64,000 nt of DNA from Octopus sinensis (lineage: Eukaryota), in NCBI RefSeq assembly GCF_006345805.1, contig NC_042997.1, forward strand, positions 178,188,001 to 178,252,000, given 5' to 3'. Below are positions 1-11,407 of this stretch, piece by piece. Each line of letters opens with the position of its first letter. The stretch's first letter is position 1. Below the pieces are notes generated by a model that searched no databases, was not told the origin of the DNA, and saw only the letters and a list, made by a program, of their open reading frames with translations. The position numbers were made by a program, and so were the translations under genes.

Positions 1-86
1 GAGAGATGTTAATATGAATATGCTAATTATTTCAGCAAATAAAACAAGTTTTAAGAAATCCATGAGAAGGAAAATTTCATTTCAAC

Positions 87-218
87 CTTTTTTAATCCAT
101 TCTCCAAGCCATTTCAAAACTTGAACATCACGGGGTGGATAGAAATCAAAAAATCTCCCTTTAATGGTTCCATTTGTCAAAGATTCAACAAACTTGATTA
201 AATCCTCAGCAGTAGTTC
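87..218 (-). CDS. Fifth coding exon (132 bp): (G)TTAEDLIKFVESLTNGTIKGRFFDFYPPRDVQVLKWLGEWIKK(G); gene continues beyond window start
   Basis: ttctctatctag| acceptor, aaag|gttgaa donor, phase 1/1, globular-looking sequence in frame with exon 4. Confidence 0.85.
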
Positions 219-952
219 CTAGATAGAGAAGAGGAGAAACACAGAAATACAGAATATGAACCAATGGAAGAGGATGGACAAAGAAATCGGAAAAGAAATC
301 ATAAAATTAAAAATATAATACTTTTACTTATTACTACATTTCAAGGTATCTCCATAAACTATAGAATATTTTCTGAAAGTTGACTTTATAAGTTGTTTGA
401 TTATAGACTTAGAAAATAAATGCAATGGTTATGAGGTAAAGATACTGCCAGGCCAGAGCCTTACATTCTGTTGTTAGTGGTACCTAATACATGTCACATT
501 TGGATAGTGAAATTTATTTAGAAAAAGTTATCTGGCTATAAAACAAAATTTTAATACTGAAATGAATTGAATTATAACAAACTTGTTATATGGTGGATTG
601 CCAGAATCAGTAGAGACACAGATAAAAGTGCTTTGTGGAATCTAACTTTGCTTTCTTACATTCTGTGTTCAAATCTTGATGAAGGTGACTTCAGCCTTTT
701 ATATTGGGGTTGCTATAACAATGTATGAAACATGTACCTGTGGTTGATGCAATTAAAATTAAGCCCAGTTCCCAAAATGTAAGGCCTTTTGCCTGGGCTA
801 GAAATCCTTATTAGTTGTAAGAAAAAAAAGAAAAAAAAAGCTATTTCTATTTCACATTAATGTTAATAATTTAAAACTAAATTTCATGGGGTATCATTTG
901 GTACTGAAACACCTCACAAGTAGTTTCTGAGTGTTACAAAAAATTTACTTAC

Positions 953-1064
953 CTGCTTTTGCTCTAGAAAATAAGTACTGTGGAATTGGAGCTGTGGAGT
1001 CTCTCAAATTGATTGGAGCCTTTTCTAATACTTTAGGTTTGTCCAATAAGATATTAAATGCATT
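953..1064 (-). CDS. Fourth coding exon (112 bp): NAFNILLDKPKVLEKAPINLRDSTAPIPQYLFSRAKA(G)
   Basis: ttctgctag| acceptor, gcag|gtaagt donor, phase 0 in and 1 out. Not represented in this frame in the ORF track. Confidence 0.88.
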
Positions 1065-1399
1065 CTAGCAGAAGTAATAAATAAATAAATAAAATTAAAA
1101 TATCTAATATAAATTCTGCGTAATAATAGAGGTAAAAAAAAAAAGAAAAAAGAAAAGAAAAAACCCCAACATTTGTAACACATTAAAATATAAGGAAACA
1201 TGTCACAACAGACTAAGACTGATTTCCATCTCATTTAGCAGTTTTTATTGCCAACCAGGTTATTGTAAAATATTTAGGGAAGGTACTTAACTCTTTATGC
1301 TTCATCCAGAAGGCCTCACAACACTTATTGTAAGCAGCCTCAGGAAGGAAGTTTTACAATCTTTAGTTGTTTTTTTTTCCTCATTTTTTGAATAGTCGG

Positions 1400-1720
1400 G
1401 TCTGAAGGACTTTGACTAGTAAGATTGAGGTTATTAATGTTCCTACTGAAATTTTGAATGTCACCAACACTAGGGAAAAACATGAGTAAGGAGGGAGCTT
1501 TAGAGGGAACAACATTCTGGAAAGGAAAACTGGAATGAAGAACTGAGTATAGTGTTTAGTGCAGAGTCTGGGGTTGGGCATTGGATATAACAAGAGAGGA
1601 AAATTAAGATGAGTGAGTTGGGAATGCCTGAGTGAGATGGTATAAGCTCAACAGAAGAGGTAGAAAAGGCAGAGTGAGGAAACAGCAACTGTAGACTTCT
1701 TCTCAAACCATTTCCTCAAC
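1400..1720 (-). mobile_element. Decayed LINE 3' end (CR1/L2/Jockey-like)
   Basis: Remnant translation ...PRLCTKHYTQFF...TFKISV resembles the C-terminus of APE-LINE ORF2. Confidence 0.4.
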
Positions 1721-1879
1721 GTCTTCCACTAAAAAAGAGAAGTAATCCTGCCTCTTCCACTCATCATGATCATTATCATTTCACATCTGCCTTCTGTGCC
1801 ATACAAGAAGATAATGGCGTTAATGCAATACTGTGAAATGACAGTAAACACACATGTATATATCTCCTCTCCCCTTCAC

Positions 1880-2460
1880 TGTTTCCTCTCTCTCACTCCT
1901 CCTCCTCGACTCTCTCGTCGCTGACACGTGACAAAAGAGAAACTACCTTTCTACCCACAACCTTCGTAAAGACTAAACGTGCTTATACTCTCTTTCATAA
2001 GCTCGTCTTCCTAAGCGTTCAGAATAATTTTTCCATCATCTTGGCTTAACAGCCCTCACTGTTTCTTTTTACTGTTTTGTTCTCATTGTTCTGTCTTTTA
2101 CAGTTTTTATTTTTTTATTGTTTTTACTGTTTTGTTCTCATTGTCCTGTTCTTGTTACCACTTTCACCCTCCACAAAAAAATCCCAAATTTTATTTAATT
2201 TGCTTTGCGGGAAGGACTGTTTCAAGGAAGTCATGTTTTGTCCTTGCCTTCGAAACGTGGAGTAGTTGAAACAGGGACAACTGAAGAAGGGGAATAGTCT
2301 TTATGCTGTATGTCTTGTTTCTTTGTATTTTTTCATTGTTCAAAAAAAGATCGCTTCTATGCTTTTGTTTTTATGTTTTCATTTCTCCTTGTGTTCAACG
2401 TTTTTTTGATGTCCTGTACCCAAATACGCATGTGTATATACATATAGATGTAGGTATGTA
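1880..2460 (+). mobile_element. CpG-bearing, T-rich repeat, possibly Penelope-like, with hammerhead-like core motifs
   Basis: CpG-rich relative to flanks. cgaaacgt and ctgaaga motifs at 2248-2292. Ends in a TA-rich microsatellite. Confidence 0.35.
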
Positions 2461-3074
2461 CATATATGAATGTATATATGCATATATTTATATATTATTT
2501 ATATTAATATATATATATATGGAGAGAGAGAGAGAGAGAGACAAACATATTTATATAAAAATATACAACATAATACACAAACACGCATGTTTAAATTAAA
2601 ATATAATATATAAAAAAAATAGCATTTTTTTAATACAAACATATGTTTAAGGGGAAAAATTCATATAAATGAATTAAAGGATGATATACTAAATGATGAA
2701 GTACACAAAAATTTTACAATTAACTGAAATTTCCCTCTTAACTGGATCAAAGCAGTTTCATTGTGACTAAACTTCACAGCTGAAGTACACATCTGCAGCT
2801 GCCACCTGATCTAAGCTCAGATTTTTTTTTCCCTGTTAAGCATGAAAATTCCTGTTTTGAATTCTTGAAATTTTCTCTCCTTTATTTTGAAAATTTGTTA
2901 GCATTTACCATAAGGGCTTTGTTTTCTTACTCCAGATTAGAATGAAATAGCAATTATTTGAGAATTATTTTGTATGTATGATGTAGTATGTTGGCCAGTA
3001 ACTTACATATTACAGAAGACAGTGGGTGTATATTTGAAAACATAAAGAAAAAGTAATAGGGTTGAATAACTTAC

Positions 3075-3215
3075 CAACATGTTAAGGACAGCAATAGGGC
3101 CACATGCGGAAACTTCAGTCTCTGACCGTTTCACTTGTCTATGGTAAGCTTGGTTCTCATCCCAAATCATTACACGTTCTACACTAGATCTTCTTGACTT
3201 CATAGAGTGGTTCTT
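3075..3215 (-). CDS. Third coding exon (141 bp): KNHSMKSRRSSVERVMIWDENQAYHRQVKRSETEVSACGPIAVLNML; start of a putative papain-like/C39-type domain
   Basis: gtgacag| acceptor (NAGNAG cag-aag), ttg|gtaagt donor, phase 0/0, 47 open codons. A CG dipeptide is followed by a hydrophobic helix. Confidence 0.88.
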
Positions 3216-3360
3216 CTGTCACAAGAAATAACAGTAAAAATGATGTACAAGCAGGGATACAAGAGGCAGTGACAGGTGGGGGTGGTGCAATACGGAAATA
3301 ATAAGCAACAAATAAAAGTAAAAAAAATAAAGAAATGTCATTCATATATATATATATGCA

Positions 3361-3550
3361 CCGGTGGCACGTAAAAAGCACCCACTACACTCTCGGAGTG
3401 GTTGGTGTTAGGAAGGGCATCCAGCTGTAGAAACTCTGCCAGATCAAGATTGGAGCCTGGTGCAGCCTTCTGGTTCGCCAGCCCTCAGTCAAAATCGTCC
3501 AACCCATGCTAGCATGGAAAGCGGACGTTAAACGATGATGATGATGATGA
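3361..3550 (+). mobile_element. Family C retroposon fragment (aggaagggcatccagc core, (gat)n tail)
   Basis: Near-identical copies at 7440-7620, 13030-13210, 25190-25373, 34520-34708, 43465-43645, 51322-51635(-) and 63785-64000(-). Confidence 0.9.
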
Positions 3551-3829
3551 TATGTACCCTCTTCACTCCTCTCTTCTGGCTAGCCAGAAACCCTAACTTC
3601 CTCCACTTACAGTTTGTCATTTTTTTCCCTTCCTTCTTCCAACTTGCCCTGAATGGTTTGTAGGATTAAGGAAATTCTAATTCACTGTGTAGTAACTGCT
3701 TGATTAGAATAAATAAATTAAATAAACAAGAGCCATCTGCCAGTTAGCAGATGTTCACACAAATCTTGTTTTTTATAGGCACTGACAACAGTGCCCCAAA
3801 TGTTTACTATTCCTTTTAAGTTCACATTT

Positions 3830-4970
3830 TTAAGGTCACCACACTCAACGTCAGCACAAAGAAAGGCAGGACCAGTTAGATTGTTGAAATGCTAGAGTGG
3901 AGGTATGAAGATGTGTGCTATGTGCAAAAAGTAAGATGGAGGAGAGCCTTTGTTAGGTTCTTCATAAGCAAAGAACATAGGTACAAATTCCTTTGGTAGA
4001 CAGAAGTGGGGGTGATGGTGTAAGCATATTTTTGGCAGAAAAATGTGTAGATAAAGTGAGATAATTAGAGTGTGTGGTACTCAAGCTAAAACTAATCTTA
4101 GATAAATTAACAGTTACATTTATATCTACCTATATGCCACACTCTAGACTGGCAGATGATAAGAAGGACCAATTTTATGAAGTCCTTTTGCAGATTGTCT
4201 CAATCATGAATGACATTGACTTCAACAGACATGTTGGACAGCACCCTGATGAATTCCAGGTACAGCACTGACCAGGAGAAAGTCTTTGACCAAGTCCCTC
4301 ACTCTGCAATCAGATGGTCTCTGAGGAAGCTATGGGTAGATGAATGGCTAGTGAAAGTCATATGCAAGAGTACTGTCAGTAAAGTGAGAGTTAACCACAA
4401 GTGCAGTGACGAATTTAGAGCACAGGTTGGAATTCACTAGGGCTCAATTCTCCATTCTCTCTTATTTATCATAGTCCTCCAGGCCATAGCACAAGAATTT
4501 AAAACCAGTTGCTCTTGGGAACTACTGTATGGTGATGACCCCATTCTCATAGAAGAATCCACAGAAGAATTCAAAAGGAAATTCCAGATACAGAAGCAAA
4601 ACTTGGAATGAAAGGTTCTTAAAGTTAACATAACTTGGTAAAGACTAAAGTTCTAGTAAGCAAGACAACAGACAAAACTCTATTCCCATCAGGTAAATGG
4701 CCTTGCCTGGTATTTAGAAAAGATGTAGACAGGAAGTGCAAGCTATGAACACAGAAGAAGTGTAGTGGAATCACAGGAGAATTAGCAGAGTAATTAGTCT
4801 TTGTATGTGGAAGTTGTGTAGGAGTTATAAACACTAAAGACACAGGGTAAATAGATTTTTTCAAATGCCTTGGAGGCTCCTTAAAAGCAGTAGATGGTTT
4901 CTGTTGCCTAGCTGACCTAATTAGCAGCTGAGAAGGTTGTTCTGAAAGTATAGCTGCTAGAATAAAAATA
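3830..4970 (+). mobile_element. Internally deleted, degenerate RTE-clade LINE (APE endonuclease and RT remnants)
   Basis: Remnants TLNV..., FISTYMPH...KDQFY, DFNRHVG (endonuclease); DQEKVFDQVP, VGIH*GSIL..LLFIIV, ELLYGDD (RT). Confidence 0.85.
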
Positions 4971-5489
4971 GGTAATTCATTTTATTCCTCCCAGGAATAA
5001 CTATTGAGATTTGACTGCTGAATATTTTGAAATATGCAAGCAAATAGCACTAAAAATATTCAATTCAGTGGTTTGCTGTCCTGTTTTTTTTCTCCCCCAT
5101 TGACTTGACAACAATAACATAAGGAATATTTGATAGATATATATGCAGAAATGGTTGTGTGGTTGAGTTTGAGTTGTAATCATGTGATTCTAAGTTCAGT
5201 TTAACCCCAGAGCTTGGCATTTTGTCCAGGTGTTTTCTACCAAAACTTTCGAGTAAAATATAATAGAACGAAACTTTCTAGAATCCTATCATACATACAC
5301 ACACACAAATTTATATTTCTCTGCTGATCAGATGAGTAACCCACCATTTTTAAATTAATCAATTACATATGTTAATTGCTTAATTATATAAATGCTATGT
5401 TTTTATTCAATTGAAACAGCTGTGAAAGCAAATTAAGGTTCATACATAAAATTTATAATTTTCTGTTGTTTACCAGTCTGTCCATCTAT

Positions 5490-6800
5490 GAATGTCCTAG
5501 GTATGGCTTAAATTGCATTTAGCCACGGTTCTACACCGAGTCCCCGGTTCTACTCTGCATCGAGTCCCCGGTTCCACTCTGCATTGAGTCCCTGGTTCCA
5601 CTCTGCATTGAGTCCCTGCTTCTACTCTGCATCGAGTCCCCGGTTCTACTCTGCACTGAGTCCCCGGTTCTACTCTGCACCGAGTCCCCGGTTCTACTCT
5701 GCACCGAGTCCCCGGTTCTACTCTGCATCGACTCCCCGGTTCTACTCTGCATCGAGTCCCCGGTTCTACTCTGCATTGAGTCCCCGGTTCTACTCTGCAT
5801 CGACTCCCCGGTTCTACTCTGCATCGAGTCCCCGGTTCTACTCTGCATCGACTCCCCGGTTCTACTCTGCATCGACTCCCCGGTTCTACTCTGCATCGAC
5901 TCCCTGGTTCTACTCTGCATCGACTCCCCGGTTCTACTCTGCATCGACTCCCCGGTTCTACTCTGCATCGACTCCCCGGTTCTACTCTGCATCGACTCCC
6001 CGGTTCTACTCTGCATCGACTCCCCGGTTCTACTCTGCATCGACTCCCCGGTTCTACTCTGCATTGAGTCCCCGGTTCTACTCTGCATCGAGTCCCCGGT
6101 TCTACTCTGCATCGAGTCCCCGGTTCTACTCTGCATTGAGTCCCCGGTTCTACTTTGCATCGACTCCCCGGTTCTACTCTGCATTGAGTCCCCGGTTCTA
6201 CTCTGCATCGACTCCCCGGTTCTACTCTGCATTGAGTCCCCGGTTCTACTCTGCATTGAGTCCCCGGTTCTACTTTGCATCGACTCCCCGGTTCTACTCT
6301 GCATTGAGTCCCCGGTTCTACTCTGCATTGAGTCCCCGGTTCTACTCTGCATTGAGTCCCCGGTTCAACTCTGCATTGAGTCCCCAGTTCTACTCTGCAT
6401 CGAGTCCCTGGCTCTACTATGACCCATAGCAGTTGCTGTTACCAGGGGTCCCAGTTATGGGTTAATAAGCATGTCACAAAAGGTCACTCACAGGCACTCT
6501 ATTGAGCCCAGGCAAATGAGGACTTTCAGCTTTTTAATTGTTTATCTAAGAGATGGTAAGCCCACATAAATCCTATATCCTGATAACTACTGGGCTTGTA
6601 GCACCTGTTGCATCAGGCTGATGCAAGTTTGAAGGAGAAAAGAGTGGGACAGGCTCTGCATAAACCATATCCACTATAATAATAACATTCATTGTGCAGG
6701 TTGTTCAGTGAACCAAGACACAAGTACAAACACCATCTCACTTGCTTCCCAAGTCTAGTGGCAATAGGGAAAGAGGCAACAGAGATAGGTCAAGGATGCT
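5490..6800 (-). mobile_element. Old dispersed repeat hosting the minisatellite; sister copy at ~56800-57270
   Basis: 6420-6790 aligns by eye to the reverse complement of ~56810-57170 (shared blocks atcctgataactactgg, caagtttgaagga, ggttgttcag). Confidence 0.7.
5531..6419. repeat. 24-bp GC/CpG-rich minisatellite, ~37 copies (ctactctgcatcgagtccccggtt)
   Basis: Direct inspection. It generates the spurious 8-aa repeat ORFs on both strands. Confidence 0.97.
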
Positions 6801-7095
6801 ACAAGAGATTTTCAGCTTTGACCATGCACACAGGTGGTCATGGATTGATGGTCATTTCCATAGACTTGTAAGAACACTGTATAACTGGGTCTTGATAAAA
6901 CCACATTTGTCAAAGTAATGTAGGAGTCCATACCATGTATGTGTGTGTGTATCCCCTTAGCCATATGTGTTTTCCATGAGAGGCAGCAAACAACATTGCC
7001 TGCATTTTTATAACCATTACATGATGCTGAGACAAAGGTACATGCAAACCCATAAAAGCACAGAACACAAACATATTTCTGTACGTTTTCCACAG

Positions 7096-7129
<34 letters not shown>

Positions 7130-7135
<6 letters not shown>

Positions 7136-7620
7136 ACTGGCACCCATGCCAACCTTCCTTCATTGGACACTACACTCTGCTTGCAAAGACCTGTTGGGGC
7201 AAGTGAAATCAAAATTGAACCAAATTCGATGACTGGCATCGTGCCAATGGAGCACTATCAGCTTCTTCTGAGTGGGATCGCTGCCAGAGCAGCTGTCTGG
7301 CCACCGTGCTGGTGGCACGTAAAAAGCACATTTGAGTGTGATCGTTACCAGCGTCACCTTACTGACACTTGTGCCAGTGGCATGTGAACAAAACATTCGA
7401 GAGTGGCTGTTGCCAGTACTGCCTAACTGGCCATTGTGCTGGTGGCACGTAAAAGCACCCACTACACTCTCGGAGTGGTTGGCGTTAGGAAGAGCATCCA
7501 GCTGTAGAAACTCTGCCAGATCAGATTGGAGTCTGGTGCAGCCATCTGGTTCACCAGACCTCAGTCAAATCGTCCAACCCATGCTAGCATGGAAAGCGAA
7601 CGCTAAATGATGATGATGAT
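7130..7620 (+). mobile_element. Family C retroposon, long copy with internal ~60-bp tandem units
   Basis: Repeated ggtggcacgtaaaagcac units, (gat)n tail, flanked by (ta)n. Confidence 0.88.
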
Positions 7621-7627
7621 ATAAATA

Positions 7628-7855
7628 TATATTTAGAGAAAGATATTTTCAAAAAGATTAAGAAAAGACTTTTTATAAAGTAGAATGGTATTAACCTTTA
7701 AGAAGGAATTTCACAAATTGTGTGTAGGCTTTAACACATTATTAAAGCCTCCACACAATTTGTGAAATTCCTTCCTAAAGGTTAGAACCATTCTAATCTC
7801 TAAAAAGTTTTTTTTTTTATCTTCACTTTCTGAAAAAAATCTTTCTCTAAATATA
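7628..7855. repeat. Fold-back inverted repeat (~105-bp arms), MITE-like
   Basis: gaaggaatttcacaaattgtgtg...cacacaatttgtgaaattccttc; outer ends tatatttagagaaagat / atctttctctaaatata. Confidence 0.85.
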
Positions 7856-7879
7856 ACTGTATCAAGTAATTTCCTAAAC

Positions 7880-7961
<82 letters not shown>

Positions 7962-9459
7962 TGATGACAGTACTTCCTGATTGGCACCTGTGACAGTGGC
8001 ATGTTAAAAGCACTATTTGAGTATGATTGATACCTGTGCTGGTGGCATGTAAAAAGCACCATTCAAATATGGTCGATGCCTGTCTTGCCTGATTGGCCCT
8101 CGTGGTAGTGGCATGTAAAAAGCACCCACTAAACTCTCAGAGTAGTTGGCATTAGGAAGGGCATCCAGCTAAAAGTTCTGCAAGCTCACCGCCTTTATAT
8201 ACACAAGCCCCTATATCACTACACCTATTCTCACCACCCCCAATGTGCTCTTGAGGGTATGTCCCAACACATTTTCGCCATTATGTCTTTCACTATTGCT
8301 CTCTGTATCTTAGTCTCTAACTCACTCTCTCCTGTTTTCCAACTGGGATATCCATGTTATCTACACTACAGCAAGACACCTATATCTGTCCCATCTATGC
8401 CTTAAACCTCTCAACTGACACAAAGCCACACCCACTTAATACTACTCTCTCCTCTCCAACCCTCCTAGTTGAGGGATTTTTGTTTTGCAAAGTACTTTGT
8501 GACTGTTGGTGCTAGTGCCATGTAGCTGTAGAAACCATGTCAAAACAGACAACAGAACCTGGAGTGGCTCCTGGCCTTGCCAGCTCCTGTCAAACTGTTC
8601 AACCCATGCCAGCATGGATAATGGATGTTAAATGATGATGGTGATAATATACAGATAATTAGTTATCTGTAATAAGCACACCAAAATAACTTCCACCGAT
8701 AGAATAAATACTAGGCTTACAAAGAATAAGTCCTGGGGTCGATTTGCTCGACTAAAGGCGGTGCTCCAGCATGGCCACAGTCAAATGACTGAAACAAGTA
8801 AAAGAGTTCATATGTCACAGCAGGTGTTTCATTGTCTTCAAGAAAGACAATTCTGTAAGATCTTATTTTATCGATTGTGCTGTTTGAGAAGTTACCTGTG
8901 AGATACTAGCTTCCTCTCCGAGGGTAGATCTATCTCATCTTCTAGGTGCAGATTGGCTGTGTGGGTAAGAAGCTTGTATGTGTGTATACCTTTGACTTGA
9001 CATCATGTGATGACTGAACAAGTGTCACTGCCATACAAGTGTTGTTTCTTTTTTAGTCTTTCCACAAAAAAAGATGTCTGGCCAAGGGAAATATTACCTC
9101 GTTTAGAAATGGGTAAGGGTTGGTAACAGGAAGGGCATTCAGCCATAGAAAATCTGCCTCAATGACTTCTGTGTGATCCATGCTGGCTTGGAAAAATGGT
9201 AAGTGGCTGTTAAGTGATGATGGTGATGATGATCATGTTGTTCAGATGTTGGAAGAGATGTTGTTAAGCATTGTCTCAATGGCTTTTTGTGAGTAGCAAA
9301 AAATATTAGCAACCTAATACTGGTAAAATCTGGAGCCCTTGGAAACTAGCTATGATCTGCATTAACCCTTTTGTTATCATATTTCTGTTGAGATGCTCTG
9401 TGTTTCTTTCTACTGATTTTAAATATGACAAAGAATTTAGCAAAATAATTTAGTTATCA

Positions 9460-9857
9460 CTAGCAGTATCGCCCGGCGTTGCTCGGGTTTGTAAGGGAAA
9501 TAACTATATAAGCATTTTTAGAGAGTTATAGCCAAAACATAGCAAAAAATGCATTAAAAATGGAAAAAAAATGGTGGTAAATTTTTTTTTAAATCGTTGA
9601 CTCATCGAAGACATTTTTAGAGAATTACTTCCCTTATATAATAGCGTAAAAAATGCATTAAAATGGAAAAAAATGATGGTAAATTTTTTTTAAAATTGTA
9701 GACTCATCGTAGACGCGCGCTAATACCCAGAAGGGCTTGATATGAATCACGACTATAAGATACCCGCTTTTGGTTAAACTGCACCGCAAAATGTGGGAGT
9801 AGTTAGGAATCTAAATCGTAGGAGACAGACACGCAACTTGACATTTATATATAAAGA
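9460..9857 (-). mobile_element. Non-autonomous Helitron, both ends intact
   Basis: Minus strand starts TC(tttatatataaa) and ends with the GC hairpin cccgagcaacgccggg plus CTAG. Inserted between A and T with no TSD. Internal ~100-bp tandem duplication. Confidence 0.88.
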
Positions 9858-9939
9858 TTAAGCTAGTGTAAGGAACATAAATTGTGTCTAAGGTTTGGAG
9901 AAAAATTTTAATTCAGAACTTTTGAAAACAAGACATTTG

Positions 9940-10356
9940 GGATCTTTTCAGTTTGAACGGCAGTTTTTTCTAGCGGTGTCATATGAAATTGTCACCCATA
10001 ATTATGACCCTAGTATCGATCTATTACATTTCTATCTGTTTTAGGGTTAGTTAGGGGTGGGGGAAGGGTATCTTTTTTTTCTTCAGAAATGTAAATAAAC
10101 CCAATCTGTTTCTTAAACGAGGGACATATTCATACAGCACAGAATGTTTTTTTTACCTGAATAGACATAATTGATTGGTTGAAATTGCAGAAATTGAAGA
10201 AAAAAAACAACAAATATCTTACAAACTATAGAATTTTCTCAATAAAGCCAAGAGAAAAAGATGTTTTATAAACACATTCTACCAGTATGCGAAGTTTAAA
10301 ATTTTTTAGTTACCTAGAAATTATGTTAAAAACTGCCGTTCAAACCAAAAAGATCT
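9940..10356. mobile_element. TIR MITE with 8-bp TSD (gacatttg), GG-initiated TIR, Merlin-like
   Basis: ggatcttttcagtttgaacggcagtttt / aaaactgccgttcaaaccaaaaagatct. TSD at 9932-9939 and 10357-10364. Superfamily assignment is an inference. Confidence 0.8.
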
Positions 10357-11018
10357 GACATTTGTTCTCAGAGTCAGAGGTAGTTTCAGCTGGGTTGGTA
10401 TCAAAAGGGTTAATAACCAACAATCAATCCATAGTCCTGTTTGAACTAATTTTGGAAGAGTTTGCTAAGTTCAGTTGCTGTGAAGAGTGAAGGACCTAAT
10501 GCTTTCTTCTCTTACTCTCAGGTGAATGGCAGTTGCTGGAAATGTTAAATTCCTAACTAACCTTAGTCTTTATCTAGTTCGCCATGTGTATATAGCAATG
10601 CAAGAATGTTAGAAAGATCAACAGCAAACGGAACTGTAATGGTACGAAATAGAAAGAGATTCTTTCTGCAGTTGTCCTACCTTCTAGAAATAACAGTCAA
10701 ATCTCCATCAAACCACACTACCACCTTAGAAAAAGAATGACACAATGGATAATGGCATAAATAACGCAGTACTTGGGCAAGCGAGGAAATGCCTTCTGAT
10801 CATAAATTTTTGTTGATGGAACTGGTCGGCCTATGGCTAAATAACATGAGTAAAATTAAAGAGAGAGGTAAGAATAACTGGTTAGTTTTAAATAGCTGCA
10901 AGTATGTACATTCAGTAGATAATTGTCATGTGTAGAAATTCTCTGTTTATAATTATATGGTTTCTGCAATAGTAGATGTTTTCAAATATTTCATAAAACA
11001 TAGTTATCAGCAACTTAC

Positions 11019-11181
11019 CTTACTAGTATGCTGCATATTTAAAGCATGCGAGTCTGTCTTGTGATCGGTGTCGGAAGCAGAGGTGCAGCAGCATTTGTCA
11101 CCAGGACTGTCAGCAGTGCATTTGTCTAATCGGACCCTGTCGATATCTTCATAGATTGGTTCTTGTGAACTGGGAATATCA
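11019..11181 (-). CDS. Second coding exon (163 bp): (R)DIPSSQEPIYEDIDRVRLDKC...NMQHTSK
   Basis: Pyrimidine tract plus atgctag| acceptor and aag|gtaagt donor. Phase 2 in and phase 0 out match both neighbours. An in-frame alternative acceptor (ttcccag|) lies 12 nt downstream. Confidence 0.85.
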
Positions 11182-11407
11182 CTAGCATATGAAAATGCAC
11201 AAACACACACACACACACACAAAGAAAAAAAGAAAAAGAAAAAAGAAAAGAAAGACGAGAGAATGGTTATTAACAGTAAATAAAAGATTTCTGAACAAAT
11301 ATACAATAAATTTCATACATAAGAATGTAACATCAGAATGTTAGTAGGTTAAGAAATAGGAGGTAAGGATATTCATGGTTGTTTTCAGGATGTCAAACAT
11401 ATATTAA

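Larger units (their letters stand above)
9362..10413. mobile_element. piggyBac-type MITE (TTAA|CCC...GGG|TTAA) carrying two nested insertions
   Basis: An uninterrupted inverted copy at 49211-49429 reconstructs the empty element. Confidence 0.85.

Noticed and set aside
5531-6419. CRISPR-like array
   Set aside because: Units are directly adjacent with no unique spacers, the context is eukaryotic, and there are no cas genes.
5531-6429. 273-aa and 281-aa ORFs on opposite strands
   Set aside because: By-products of a stop-free 24-bp tandem repeat inside an intron. No splice or start context supports coding.
10040-10070. Telomere-like ttagggttagttagggg
   Set aside because: Only about two imperfect units, internal to a MITE.
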